Assembly (NCBI GenBank): GCA_036918135.1
Contig: JBALDB010000053.1
Span: 96,001-160,000 of the forward strand
Length of the DNA: 64,000 nt
DNA from: Nostoc sp.
Lineage (GTDB): Bacteria; Cyanobacteriota; Cyanobacteriia; Cyanobacteriales; Nostocaceae
Reading direction: 5' to 3'
Part shown: one piece after another, positions 39,111 through 49,629 of the stretch
How positions within the stretch are numbered: position 1 is the stretch's first letter
How the letters are laid out: every line of letters starts with the position of its first letter
Program-made: the position numbers and the translations under genes
Notes under the pieces: generated by a model
What the model saw: only the letters and a program-made list of their open reading frames with translations
Databases searched by the model: none
What the model was told of the DNA's origin: nothing

Positions 39111-39788
39111 ATGACGAGAAAAATTGCCTTTGGATTAGTGTGGCTGGGATTCATTGTCTATGCTTTTCTGCTCTCGCCTCCCCAACAACCCGGCACATTT
39201 GAGTTGATTAAAAACTTGTCTATTGGTCAGTGGCAAGGTATTAATCCGTTGATAATAGCCTTATTCAACCTCATGGGTATCTGGCCATTAATCTACAGTG
39301 CAGTAGTATTTATCGACGGTAGAGGGCAAAAAATACCTGCTTGGCTATTTGCGATTCCTTCTTTTGCAGTTGGTGCTTTTGCCCTATTGCCCTACTTAGC
39401 TTTTAGGGAACCAAATCAGAAGTTTGTTGGTGAAAAGGATACTTTGCTTAAGCTGCTAGATTCCCGCGTAACTGGCTTTATCTTAACTGTAGCTAGCATT
39501 ATTCTAGTTATCTACGGCTTAACAGGAGGCGATTGGGGAAATTTTGTACAACAGTGGCAAACCAACCGCTTCATCCATGTAATGAGTTTAGATTTCTGTC
39601 TACTTTGTGTATTATTTCCCACATTAGTAGGGGATGATATGGCGCGTCGTGGGTGGAAAAATCCGCAATTATTGTGGCTAACAGCCTTGATACCGCTATT
39701 TGGTTCATTGATTTATTTATGTGTGCGTCCACCTCTACCAGAAGCTAGCGCACAGACGTTACCTGCTGAGGAACCAGTGGCAAATTAA
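39111..39788 (+). CDS. Integral membrane protein (DUF2834-like)
   Basis: Several TM helices; FIHVMSLDF and DDMARRG. Confidence 0.7.
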   Translation: MTRKIAFGLVWLGFIVYAFLLSPPQQPGTFELIKNLSIGQWQGINPLIIALFNLMGIWPLIYSAVVFIDGRGQKIPAWLFAIPSFAVGAFALLPYLAFREPNQKFVGEKDTLLKLLDSRVTGFILTVASIILVIYGLTGGDWGNFVQQWQTNRFIHVMSLDFCLLCVLFPTLVGDDMARRGWKNPQLLWLTALIPLFGSLIYLCVRPPLPEASAQTLPAEEPVAN

Positions 39789-39984
39789 ACTGTGTTAAGA
39801 GTTAACTGTTGACTGTTGAGTGTTAACAGCTACCACCGATATTTTTCACTCTCATTCAAGATTGCTATATTTATTCCTAGTTCCTAGTCGCCAATACCCA
39901 CTCCCTTTTAGCAGATGCACCTTTGCATCTAGGCAAAAGCTAGGTATATCCTAATCTTTGAGTAGAGTTTGATAATTTGAGATT

Positions 39985-40743
39985 ATGGCAGGACATAGTA
40001 AATGGGCAAATATTAAGCGCCAGAAGGCGGTAGTAGATGCGAAAAAGGGAAAAACCTTCACTCAGTTATCGCGAGCAATTATTGTTGCGGCCAGAAGTGG
40101 TGTGCCAGACCCAGCAATGAATTTTCAACTTCGCACAGCGATCGACAAGGCAAAAGCAGCAAGTATCCCCAATGATAATATTGAACGAGCGATCGCTAAA
40201 GGTGCGGGTACTTTTGGTGCAGATAATGCCAATTTTGAAGCTATTCGCTACGAAGGTTACGGCCCTGGTGGTGTAGCAATCTTAATTGAAGCCCTGACAG
40301 ATAATCGCAATCGCACGGCTGCTGACTTACGTGCAGCTTTTAGTAAAAACGGCGGTAATTTGGGTGAAACAGGTTGCGTTAGCTGGATGTTTCACCAAAA
40401 AGGGGTTTGTGTCGTCGAGGGTGTGGTTGACGAAGAACAGCTTTTAGAAGCATCCCTCGAAGGTGGTGCCGAGTCTTATGAAATGACTGAAGATGAGATG
40501 TCTGAGGTATTAACCGAGATCGGAAATTTAGAAAGCCTCAGCCAGATACTTAAGGATAAAGGCTTTAAAGTGACTGATGCACAGTTGCGCTGGGTTCCCA
40601 GTAATAGTGTAGAAGTTACCGATACTGAACAGGCGCGATCGCTTTTCAAATTAATTGACACTTTAGAAGGCTTAGATGATGTCCAAGATGTCACAGCTAA
40701 TTTTGAAGTACCAGAACAATTAATCACCCTCTCCATTTCTTAA
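39985..40743 (+). CDS. yebC: YebC/PmpR family protein
   Basis: [14 protein letters not shown] and YEGYGPGG. Confidence 0.95.
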   Translation: MAGHSKWANIKRQKAVVDAKKGKTFTQLSRAIIVAARSGVPDPAMNFQLRTAIDKAKAASIPNDNIERAIAKGAGTFGADNANFEAIRYEGYGPGGVAILIEALTDNRNRTAADLRAAFSKNGGNLGETGCVSWMFHQKGVCVVEGVVDEEQLLEASLEGGAESYEMTEDEMSEVLTEIGNLESLSQILKDKGFKVTDAQLRWVPSNSVEVTDTEQARSLFKLIDTLEGLDDVQDVTANFEVPEQLITLSIS

Positions 40744-40848
40744 CCGAACATCTGTCAAAAGATACATAAAAGATTCACATCAATTTCAACCCTCTGACAT
40801 ACACCTATTGGATAGTTGGACTGTTGATTAATTGATGAGGAATTTCAA

Positions 40849-41025
40849 GTGAATAACTTCGTTAAAGTTTTAGTCTTGGCTTTAACATTTGCTGCTCCTG
40901 TAGCTATTTCTGTACCCACTGTTCAAGCTGAAACTGTCCACCATCCTCAGGTAAAAACTACCAAAGTTCATCACAAACATTACAAACACCACAAGCATCA
41001 TTCAGTCAAGAAAGTTCATAAATAG
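40849..41025 (+). CDS. Secreted His/Lys-rich microprotein, 58 aa (absent from ORF track)
   Basis: GAGG RBS before GTG; MNNFVKVLVLALTFAAPVAISVPTVQA|ETVHHPQVKTTKVHHKHYKHHKHHSVKKVHK*. Confidence 0.8.
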   Translation: MNNFVKVLVLALTFAAPVAISVPTVQAETVHHPQVKTTKVHHKHYKHHKHHSVKKVHK

Positions 41026-41106
41026 TTACTCTTAATTATCAAAAATTTGTAGTAAATATGTAATTTATTTTAGTCTTCGTTTTGCTGCAAAATAATTGCA
41101 TTATTT

Positions 41107-41143
41107 AACCCCGCTGTAATTTCTAGTAATCAGCGGGTGTTTT
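41107..41143. terminator. Probable intrinsic terminator hairpin
   Basis: CCCGCTG...CAGCGGG stem followed by TGTTTT, between convergent small genes. Confidence 0.5.
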
Positions 41144-41284
41144 CAATTAATATCATATCTGGTAAATCACTCATTATCTATGCCAAGGGAGTGAAACGAC
41201 GCAATCACAAAGTTTTTAAGATTGCTTTCCTCCGATCGCAATGACGTTCTAAATTTACTAATTATAAATCCTGCTGCTGTAATT

Positions 41285-41461
41285 TTATGATTGATTAGTG
41301 TCGGTATTGCCACCAACGATTGCTTGGAACACATTCCCTACTAAAGAGAAAAATGCTCCGAATAATAAGACGAGCATTAAGCTACCAAGGGCAGCAAAAG
41401 GAGAGGTGATAAATAAAACTAAGAACCCGAACATTAAAATCGTTAATAGTGTCCTATTCAT
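41285..41461 (-). CDS. Small membrane protein, 58 aa (absent from ORF track)
   Basis: MNRTLLTILMFGFLVLFITSPFAALGSLMLVLLFGAFFSLVGNVFQAIVGGNTDTNQS*; two hydrophobic helices; AAAGG upstream. Confidence 0.7.
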   Translation of the reverse strand: MNRTLLTILMFGFLVLFITSPFAALGSLMLVLLFGAFFSLVGNVFQAIVGGNTDTNQS

Positions 41462-41763
41462 GTTTTTTTGCCTTTGATAGTTGTTTATTTTAACCTAACA
41501 ATTAATGTCATCAATTGGTATATATCTAACTAAAGGAATTAGTCTAATTCTCTAGTAGCATTTTCAAACTATTCCCAAGGAATACTAAAACTATAGCAAT
41601 ACTATTTGAGTTGTAAAAAATATCAGTGGTAGCTGTTAAACGTCAGTTGCTTCTCCTGACGGAGACGCTGCACGAACAACGGTGGGAAAATACGCAATGC
41701 ACTAGCTCCTGTTAACTGTTGACAGTCATCAGTCATCAGTCAGCAACTTCAAACGGGATAATT

Positions 41764-41902
41764 TACAGCAGTTTGCAATTAAGTGAGGTACAGCAGCAAG
41801 GACTCAAAAATTAAATTATTCTTCTGCCTCCTGCCTCCAGCATAGCTGCCTCCTGCCTCAAAACCAGTGACTTTGTACTTCATCCAAACGAAAACTGCTG
41901 TA
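41764..41902. mobile_element. MITE with ~29-bp imperfect TIRs and TA ends (IS630/Tc1-like by inference), inside a repeat mosaic
   Basis: Left end TACAGCAGTTTGCAATTAAGTGAGGTACA versus right end (rc) TACAGCAGTTTTCGTTTGGATGAAGTACA. Confidence 0.7.
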
Positions 41903-41996
41903 TTTGTTGGAGTTCCCTTGTTGATTGCTCTTAACTTGCTCAAAAAGCCGCGATCGCGTCAAAATAAGAGTTAAGATGCTGTAATTTATCTTCACA

Positions 41997-43253
41997 ATGG
42001 CGCTAGCAGAGCTTAATCAAACTCTTGACTCTCCCCAATCATCAGACAACTGGGGATACAAATATGATTTGGTAATTGTTGGGGGTGGAATTGTTGGGCT
42101 GACTCTAGCCTCCGCCTTAAAAGATTCTGGCTTGAGTGTGTTGCTGATTGAGGCGAAAGTGGCATCAGCGGCGGTAGCCAAAGGTCAAGCCTATGCAGTT
42201 CACATGCTTTCGTCGCTAATTTACCAAGGAATTGGCGTTTGGGAGAAAATGTTGCCTGAAATTGCCAAATATTATCGAGTTCGCCTTTCTGATGCCGATT
42301 ATCCGGGTGTGGTAGAATTTGCCACCGATGATATAGGTACACCAGAGTTAGGTTATGTAGCGGAACATCAAGCGCTGTTACAGCCGTTGCAGGAGTTTGT
42401 CCAAAATTGTGCAAATGTGACTTATTTGTGTCCGGCTGAGGTGATAAATACGCACTACCAACGCGACACTGTAGCAATAGAGATAAAAGTTGCCGATCGC
42501 TTACAAACAGTCAAGAGTAAATTACTCGTAGCCGCAGATGGATCGCGATCGCCGATTCGTCAAGCTGCTGGTATCAAAACCTCTGGGTGGAAATATTGGC
42601 AGTCTTGTATCGTCGCATTTGTGAAACCCGAAAAACCCCACAATAATACTGCTTACGAAAGATTTTGGTCTAGCGGCCCCTTTGCGATTTTACCTTTACC
42701 AGGGAATCGTTGCCGGATTGTCTGGACAGCCCCTCACGAAGAAGCAAAAGCTTTATGTGCTTTAGATAACGAGCAATTTTTAAAAGAATTAACCCGTCGT
42801 TATGGCAATCACATGGGTAAATTGGAACTACTAGGCGATCGCTTTATTTTTCAGGTACAACTGATGCAAAGCGATCGCTATGTGCTTCCCCGACTAGCAT
42901 TGATTGGTGACGCTGCACACAACTGTCATCCCGTCGGCGGACAAGGTTTAAATTTAGGTATTCGGGATGCAGCAGCTTTGGCCCAAGTGCTAGAAGTAGC
43001 ACACAAGGCGGGTAAAGATATTGGCGAGATTCAAATTCTCAAACGTTACGAACGCTGGCGCAAACTCGAAAACCTGACGATTTTGGGTTTTACCGATTTG
43101 TTAGATCGGATGTTTTCTAATAATTTCTTACCTGTGGTGTTGGTTCGTCGTCTGGGTTTATGGTTATTGCAGCGAATACCTATATTAAAAGTATTTACGC
43201 TCAAGTTGATGATCGGTTTGAAGGGGCGGACTCCAGAATTGGCAAAACGCTGA
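41997..43253 (+). CDS. UbiH/COQ6-family FAD-dependent hydroxylase
   Basis: GGGIVG, AADG and GDAAHNCHPVGGQGLNLG. Confidence 0.9.
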   Translation: MALAELNQTLDSPQSSDNWGYKYDLVIVGGGIVGLTLASALKDSGLSVLLIEAKVASAAVAKGQAYAVHMLSSLIYQGIGVWEKMLPEIAKYYRVRLSDADYPGVVEFATDDIGTPELGYVAEHQALLQPLQEFVQNCANVTYLCPAEVINTHYQRDTVAIEIKVADRLQTVKSKLLVAADGSRSPIRQAAGIKTSGWKYWQSCIVAFVKPEKPHNNTAYERFWSSGPFAILPLPGNRCRIVWTAPHEEAKALCALDNEQFLKELTRRYGNHMGKLELLGDRFIFQVQLMQSDRYVLPRLALIGDAAHNCHPVGGQGLNLGIRDAAALAQVLEVAHKAGKDIGEIQILKRYERWRKLENLTILGFTDLLDRMFSNNFLPVVLVRRLGLWLLQRIPILKVFTLKLMIGLKGRTPELAKR

Positions 43254-43376
43254 CGAATGACATCATGTCCGGTTGAAGACTTATTATTAAAGCTGACGCG
43301 GGGACACACCAGACACGAAGAGTTTTTTTGACAAGTGATTAGGGGGATATGATATGACAAATGAGTCTGTAGCATT

Positions 43377-45527
43377 TCACATATTCCAAGTTTCGTGCCA
43401 CAGTTGTTTGATTTTTTGAATTGTCTCTCGTGTTTTTATTACCGTCCAACCATCTTTAATAGCTTGTTTCTCTCTATCAGTTAATTTCCAAGATAAAGGT
43501 GGTTGATAGCGGCCATTTTTATAAAATGCGGCTATATCAGAAGAGGAGGGGAAGAAGATAGGAAAGTATTGGATATCTACCTTATTCTGCCATTTTGCTG
43601 CCAGAAATTCAGCTTCCTGAGCATTTCGAGATGCCAAAACTGAATCACGTACCTTGAAAACTGCCAGTAATGGGCCGATAGTTGCCATAAACCAGCCTCC
43701 ATCTCCCCGCACTTTTTCCGTTGAAGGAGATTCCGGAAAAGGATTTATTTGCAATATCAAAACTCGTTTGATATTTAAACTATTATGAGGTTGGTTTTCA
43801 GATTTATTCTCAGATTTTAGCCATTCATTCAAGTGTTCATCTAGCCATTCTGCTGCTGTGATAAAGCCAGAGTTATCGAAATAGCCTCCATCAGCAACGT
43901 GATAATTTTTATCTTTGATATTTATATTGCTACGACAAATAGGAGAAACATAGGGAAAAGTTGCCGATAGTCTTGCAGCCGTGACAACATTCATATCATA
44001 ACCATGTTTTCCATAAAGACTATTGAAGTCTATATACTTTTTCTCAGGAACTTCGCCAAATGTCATCGGAGTAATTAAAAACCGCCAGCCATTTTCTACT
44101 AATGTGGCATTGAATACAGGAATAGGAATTTTGCCATCAAAAATCTGTTTTCGCCAGCTTGCCAAGGTTTTACTATTTCGCGGTTCCTTCAGTTCCGCTT
44201 GCCAGTCTATCTCAACCGCTGTACCGCGATCGAACTCTGGACGAATTAGGAAGGGAAACCCGATAAATCGCCATAAGTCTAAATAAGCCAAACCCCAACC
44301 AACAGCATCTAAACTATCTCTGGTAGCAGCACTAAAACTATTATTGGTAGTTCCCTCTTTTGTCTGTTTTTCCTCTTCTAAAAAACCATGTTCGTTAAAG
44401 CGATCTAAGTAGTACATCGACCCTACTGAACCACCAGAAACAGAACTAATCAAGCCAATTGCTTTGGTAAATGATTTTCCTAATTCTTCTTGAAGACCAG
44501 CTAAAACTTCCACTGTCCATCCTGCTGCTTGAATACCACCACCACTGGCACAAATAATGACTAAAGTGTTTTCTCCTTGTTGATGTTTAAGACGTTGAGT
44601 TAGCACTTGTTTGAAATTATCTGACTTTTCATCAAATTTCTTTTTATCTGCACTATTTTTCAACGGGTTAAGTTGATAAAAGTGATTGATATCAAATGCT
44701 AAATAGCTTAAAGCAGAGAAAACAGTAAATAAAATTAATACAGGAATCCGAAAGTAATCAAGATAGAATGTGACTCCTCCGAAGATAATTACTATCATGG
44801 AGGCAATGAGTAGCACATATAAAAGAGCAGGTGCTTCGGGTCGATTAGATTGTGGTCTAGGATTAAAACGCAAACCAATTGTAATATAGATGGCTCCTCC
44901 AATTATTAAATAAGCAATTGCTGTTAAATGTCCAGCAGTCAATTCACCAGTTTGAAGATTAATATAGCCACCTAAATCATTTTTGATAACTAAATAAAGA
45001 ATATCAAAAAACATCTTTTTTAAAAAAGTATTGGAATTAAACCAATGTCTAAGCAAACTAACAATAAATAATAAAATAATGCTTAATAATACACCGACAG
45101 ATGCTCCCCACTGTATCTCTGATTTACTCAGCTTCTCCTGAGACAGGTTAATTGCAACGATGCAAATATATAAGCTTAATAAAATACCGATCCCATATTG
45201 CCAAAGTTCAGGAATTTTAATTGTTGCTGGCACAGTAAAGCGAGCTGCTGCGTTATCCAAAATAGTAGATGCAACTAAAATTACTGAAGTTCCAGCTCCA
45301 ATTGCGCTCACAATTACAGTTGCTAATTGCCACTTGTCACGAAGTACAAATAGATTTTTCAATAGGGCTGGTAACCAATCTTTGGCAAGTTTAGGAAAAA
45401 ATAAAAGGAATAAGCCTACCAATATAGGTAGGCGAAGGAAGAAAAGATATTTCCAAACACTATCTGAATTTACTAGCCAGGTTGATATAAGTACTAGCAA
45501 TGGTAACAACGAAATTGCTTTTTTCAT
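43377..45527 (-). CDS. Membrane-anchored patatin-like phospholipase
   Basis: Multi-TM N-terminus; SGGGIQAA, SSVSGGS nucleophile elbow, SATFPYVSP and DGGYFDN. Confidence 0.8.
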   Translation of the reverse strand: MKKAISLLPLLVLISTWLVNSDSVWKYLFFLRLPILVGLFLLFFPKLAKDWLPALLKNLFVLRDKWQLATVIVSAIGAGTSVILVASTILDNAAARFTVPATIKIPELWQYGIGILLSLYICIVAINLSQEKLSKSEIQWGASVGVLLSIILLFIVSLLRHWFNSNTFLKKMFFDILYLVIKNDLGGYINLQTGELTAGHLTAIAYLIIGGAIYITIGLRFNPRPQSNRPEAPALLYVLLIASMIVIIFGGVTFYLDYFRIPVLILFTVFSALSYLAFDINHFYQLNPLKNSADKKKFDEKSDNFKQVLTQRLKHQQGENTLVIICASGGGIQAAGWTVEVLAGLQEELGKSFTKAIGLISSVSGGSVGSMYYLDRFNEHGFLEEEKQTKEGTTNNSFSAATRDSLDAVGWGLAYLDLWRFIGFPFLIRPEFDRGTAVEIDWQAELKEPRNSKTLASWRKQIFDGKIPIPVFNATLVENGWRFLITPMTFGEVPEKKYIDFNSLYGKHGYDMNVVTAARLSATFPYVSPICRSNINIKDKNYHVADGGYFDNSGFITAAEWLDEHLNEWLKSENKSENQPHNSLNIKRVLILQINPFPESPSTEKVRGDGGWFMATIGPLLAVFKVRDSVLASRNAQEAEFLAAKWQNKVDIQYFPIFFPSSSDIAAFYKNGRYQPPLSWKLTDREKQAIKDGWTVIKTRETIQKIKQLWHETWNM

Positions 45528-45992
45528 ATTTGTATTTTCTGATTAGATGTTTGAACTAATACGATGGAGTTGTATATTAACTTCAAGAAGAAAGAAACTT
45601 AAAAAATAAATTAGTTAATTTCTGGACTTGACTATGACTTTTCCTTCCCCTGCTCTGCTACTCTGACGATGCGATATTTTCTTATTTGAAAGTCCTTAAT
45701 CTTTAGTCATTATCAAACTTATACCTCAACTGCATCGCTGTGTTGGTGAGAAAAAGTAAGTAATTACTATAAAAAAATGTAACTTTTTATGTAATACTCT
45801 GATAAATGCATCAGATGTCGCACAGTTGCCACAATACGTAATAATATGTGCCAAATAGTACTATTAGCCGTATGGTTGAATATTAGTATTTTTCTACATA
45901 AAATTAAAAATCTAAAATTAAAAATAGGTAACACTGGTGGCTAGGAGTGCTAAAGTTTCAAGAAATTCATCGGAAATTTTCAGCGAGTATTC

Positions 45993-48188
45993 ATGCTGAA
46001 GAAACTACAAAAAAAGCAAATTTCAATAATTGCGGCTGCGGCACTGTTTGCCTTTTCAGCTGGGGCAATGGTATCGGCGCCTGAGATTGGCAAATCTCTA
46101 GGACAATGGCTCAAATTCGGTAGAAATCAGGTAGAGCAAACATCTGAGGCTGGCGTTGCTCAATCAGCGGTCTTTCCACTGATCTCACAATCTCTGCCAG
46201 AACGGGCGGCGAAACTAACAACGATCGCCCAACAGTCGCAATCGCCAGACAGGAATCGCGCTCGTTATCTTTTGGCAAGTGATTACATTGAAAGAACTCA
46301 AGGAAAAAAAGCCCTGGTTCTACTGCAAGGATTAGAAAAAGACTATCCTATTCTGGCGCCTTACATTTTGCTAAAACAAGCCCAGGCAGAAGACATGCTG
46401 GGTGAGGACGGCAAAGCCTCGGATCTCAGGCGAAAAGTTCTAAAAATTTATCCCAAAGAAGCAGCCGCAGTCAAAGCCTTATATCTAATTGCCCAACCAA
46501 AGGAACAGGAAACCGCCATCGCTCAATTTCCTTCCCATCCTCTAACTTGGGAAATTATCCGCCAACGCTTGCAACAAAATCCCAATCAGCCAAAATTACA
46601 GTTGATTTTGGCAAAATACGCTTACGACCAACCAGGCATAGTGGGGGTTTTGGATCAATTAGTCAAACAACCTACCCTCAAACCCGAAGACTGGGAACTC
46701 ATTGGTACAGCTTATTGGGAAAATAATCAATTTCTCAAAGCTGCGAATGCTTATGCCAAAGCACCCAAAACAGCCCGCAACCTCTACCGCACCGCACGGG
46801 GATTACAGGTAGGAGGCAAAGATAAAGAAAAAGCGATCGCCACCTACAAACAACTAGTGCAGCAATTTTCAAATACAGAGGAAACTGGAAATGCACTACT
46901 GCGACTAGCAGAAACGGCAAAAACTCCTAAAGACGGCTTACCCTATCTTGACCTGGTAATTAGTAAATTTCCAGAACAAGCTAGTACTGCACTGGTACAA
47001 AAAGCCAAAACTTTTCAAGCACTCAAGGATCAAAAGTCAGCTAGCTCAGCTTGGCAACTACTCTTAGGCAAGTACGGTAATTCTGACGAAGCCGCAGAGT
47101 ATCGCTGGAAAATCGCCCAAGATAAAGCAAAGGCCAAAGATTACATCAATGCATGGCAATGGGCAGAACCAATTGTCACCAATAACCCCAACAGTATTTT
47201 GGCTCCCAGAGCAGGCTTTTGGGTAGGTAAATGGGCAGCTTCACTTGGGAAGCAGCAGGAGTCTCAAACTGCTTATCAATATGTGATTAGCCAGTTTCCC
47301 TACTCTTACTATGCATGGCGATCGGCAACGATGTTAGGGTTGAATGTCGGCAACTTTGACAACGTGCGCTCAATGAACCCAGAAGTTATCGCACCTCAAC
47401 GTCCATTACCTCCTGCAGGTTCGGAGACTTTCAAAGAATTGTATCTGTTGGGGCAAGACCGCGATGCTTGGTTGCAATGGGAAACAGAATTTCAAAACAA
47501 ACTTCAGCCAACCGTAGCAGAGCAATTTACTGAAGGATTGATGCAACTGGCAAGGGGAGAGAATCTGATCGGAATTGACAAAATTTCTAAATTGGAAGAC
47601 CGGGAAATACCAGCTGAACTTGCCCAATATCAAACTTTGAGCAAACAAATCTCTTATTGGCAAGCCCGTTATCCATTTCCCTATCTGCGAGAGATTGAAA
47701 AGTGGTCTACTGAGCGTCAACTCAATCCCCTGTTAGTTACTGCCTTAATCCGTCAAGAGTCCAGGTTTCAACCAAAAATTAAATCTGTTGCCAATGCTAC
47801 TGGCTTAATGCAGCTATTGCCGAGTACAGCTCAATGGATCGCCCCACAAATCAAGGTGGATAGCAAAACAATAAACTTAGAAAATCCCAATGATAACATC
47901 ATGCTGGGTACATGGTATTTGGATCATACCCATCAGCAATATAACAATAATTCTTTGCTAGCGATCGCCAGTTACAACGCTGGGCCTGGTAATGTCTCCA
48001 AATGGCTGCAAACTTATACTACACAAGACCCAGATGAGTTTGTCGAAGAAATTCCCTTTGATGAAACCAAAAATTACGTGCGTCAAGTATTTGGCAATTA
48101 CTGGAATTATCTAAGACTTTACAACCCTGAGATTTCTGGCATCGTGGCAAAGTACTCGACTACACATCCACAACTGCCAACACAGTGA
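45993..48188 (+). CDS. slt: Soluble lytic transglycosylase (TPR plus SLT domain)
   Basis: IRQESRF, GLMQLLP, SYNAGPG and ETKNYV. Confidence 0.92.
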   Translation: MLKKLQKKQISIIAAAALFAFSAGAMVSAPEIGKSLGQWLKFGRNQVEQTSEAGVAQSAVFPLISQSLPERAAKLTTIAQQSQSPDRNRARYLLASDYIERTQGKKALVLLQGLEKDYPILAPYILLKQAQAEDMLGEDGKASDLRRKVLKIYPKEAAAVKALYLIAQPKEQETAIAQFPSHPLTWEIIRQRLQQNPNQPKLQLILAKYAYDQPGIVGVLDQLVKQPTLKPEDWELIGTAYWENNQFLKAANAYAKAPKTARNLYRTARGLQVGGKDKEKAIATYKQLVQQFSNTEETGNALLRLAETAKTPKDGLPYLDLVISKFPEQASTALVQKAKTFQALKDQKSASSAWQLLLGKYGNSDEAAEYRWKIAQDKAKAKDYINAWQWAEPIVTNNPNSILAPRAGFWVGKWAASLGKQQESQTAYQYVISQFPYSYYAWRSATMLGLNVGNFDNVRSMNPEVIAPQRPLPPAGSETFKELYLLGQDRDAWLQWETEFQNKLQPTVAEQFTEGLMQLARGENLIGIDKISKLEDREIPAELAQYQTLSKQISYWQARYPFPYLREIEKWSTERQLNPLLVTALIRQESRFQPKIKSVANATGLMQLLPSTAQWIAPQIKVDSKTINLENPNDNIMLGTWYLDHTHQQYNNNSLLAIASYNAGPGNVSKWLQTYTTQDPDEFVEEIPFDETKNYVRQVFGNYWNYLRLYNPEISGIVAKYSTTHPQLPTQ

Positions 48189-48328
48189 GATGGGGAGATG
48201 AGGAGGATGTGGTTTGACTTCGCTCGATTTTTGTGTAGTCGAAACTCACCAACTGGGGGATGAGGAGAGAATTTTACCTCACCCACCACTCTATCACCCC
48301 ACCTCCCCACATTCCCAATGCCCAATAT

Positions 48329-48620
48329 TCAATACTCGAATATCTCCGAGGACATTAAGCCGTCAGCTACTTTGGTGACGGCATCAGTCATTGTGACCAT
48401 ACCATCACTGATGGCGATCGCATATTTGTCCTCCTAGCATCTGAACTGCGATTTCTGAATCACACAAGTTCAATCTGTGGGCAACAGCCGCCGCTGCACT
48501 GCTACTACTGCCAGATGCTAAGGTGTAACCTGCTCCTGTTTCCCAAATCTCTATTTGAATATTTTGGCGGTCGAGAACTTTCATAAACTGAACGTTTGTA
48601 CGTTTGGGAAAGTATGGATA
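48329..48620 (-). pseudogene. 3' fragment of a diaminopimelate-epimerase-like gene, frameshifted
   Basis: FPKRTNVQF...IWETGAGYTLASGSSSSAAAA...MLGGQ, then a shift to AIAISDGMVTMTDAVTKVADG; no 5' half. Confidence 0.75.
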
Positions 48621-48763
48621 ATCAATATGTAGTTTTTTGTATTAAAAAAATGGTAAATTCAGTTAGCAACACAAGTGACAATTGAGTAAAAAGAACTAGA
48701 TACTCAAAAGCGATCGCTATATAATCTCTATTACTATGAATTATATTGTAATATTTTTTACTT

Positions 48764-48943
48764 ATGATAAATAATTATGAGTTACTCGCAAAACTATACA
48801 ACGCTTTTAACCCTTTTGAACCTTTACCCGCAGGCGACCCAAAAGATGTAGATTGTCAGGATGTACGGGTAGATGCGGATATTTTGGAAGAGTTAGGAAA
48901 TCGGATGCAATTGGCAGATACGAATACTTGTCAGCCCTATTAA
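48764..48943 (+). pseudogene. Truncated N-terminus of a cyanobacterial P-loop ATPase
   Basis: MINNYELLAKLYNAFNPFEPLPAGDPKDVDCQDVR...NTCQ, stopping where the Walker A region would be expected. Confidence 0.6.
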
Positions 48944-49188
48944 ATCTAGGACGTTATGAAGAAGCGATCGCATCCTACGACCAAGCACTGAAATTTAAAC
49001 CTGATGACCACGAAGCCTGGTACAATAAGGCTTGCTGTTATGCTTCACAGAACAATGTCGAGTTAGCGATTGAAAATCTACAGCAGGCTATCAACATAAA
49101 TTCTGGCGAATATCGAGAGATGGCAAAAACTGACTCAGACTTTGATGGTATTCGGGAAGATGAACGCTTTCAAGCATTGATTCAATAA
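48930..49188 (+). pseudogene. C-terminal TPR fragment
   Basis: ALLNLGRYEEAIASYDQAL...AWYNKACCYA...YREMAKTDSDFDGIREDERFQALIQ with no proper start. Confidence 0.7.
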
Positions 49189-49629
49189 CTGCTATAAAGA
49201 CTAAATTAATATAGCGATCGCTAAAAATGCAAAAGCTTTGTTGCACAAGCAGAATAAGCCAAAGCTCAAGAATCCGTTAAAATAGCCGATGAAGTGAGAA
49301 AGTCGAACATAACAAACGCCTATTAATTATTCCTTCATCACAAGAAGTTGTGGTCTTCATCTTTAGTTCAAGAGAGCAAGAGCAAAAATACAGTTTCTTT
49401 ATGTAGAAGATGTTATCTCACGAAGATTTTATAATTGCTTTCAAAATTCAGATATTAACTTCATTTTTATATCAGTATAAATAACTTTTTTTAGCTGATA
49501 TCTGTTTAAAAAGTTACTCAAATATTAATTTGAGGAGCGGACATAAATCTAGTGATTATGCCCTGTTATTTCGTGGCGAGTAAATCACATAATTCGTCTA
49601 GAACAAAGAAAAAACAGGAACTAAAAATC

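Noticed and set aside
45927..45953. CIRCE-like site upstream of slt (GTAACACTG-N8-GAGTGCTAA)
   Set aside because: Only the right half matches and the spacer is 8 nt rather than 9. No CIRCE was seen upstream of hrcA either.
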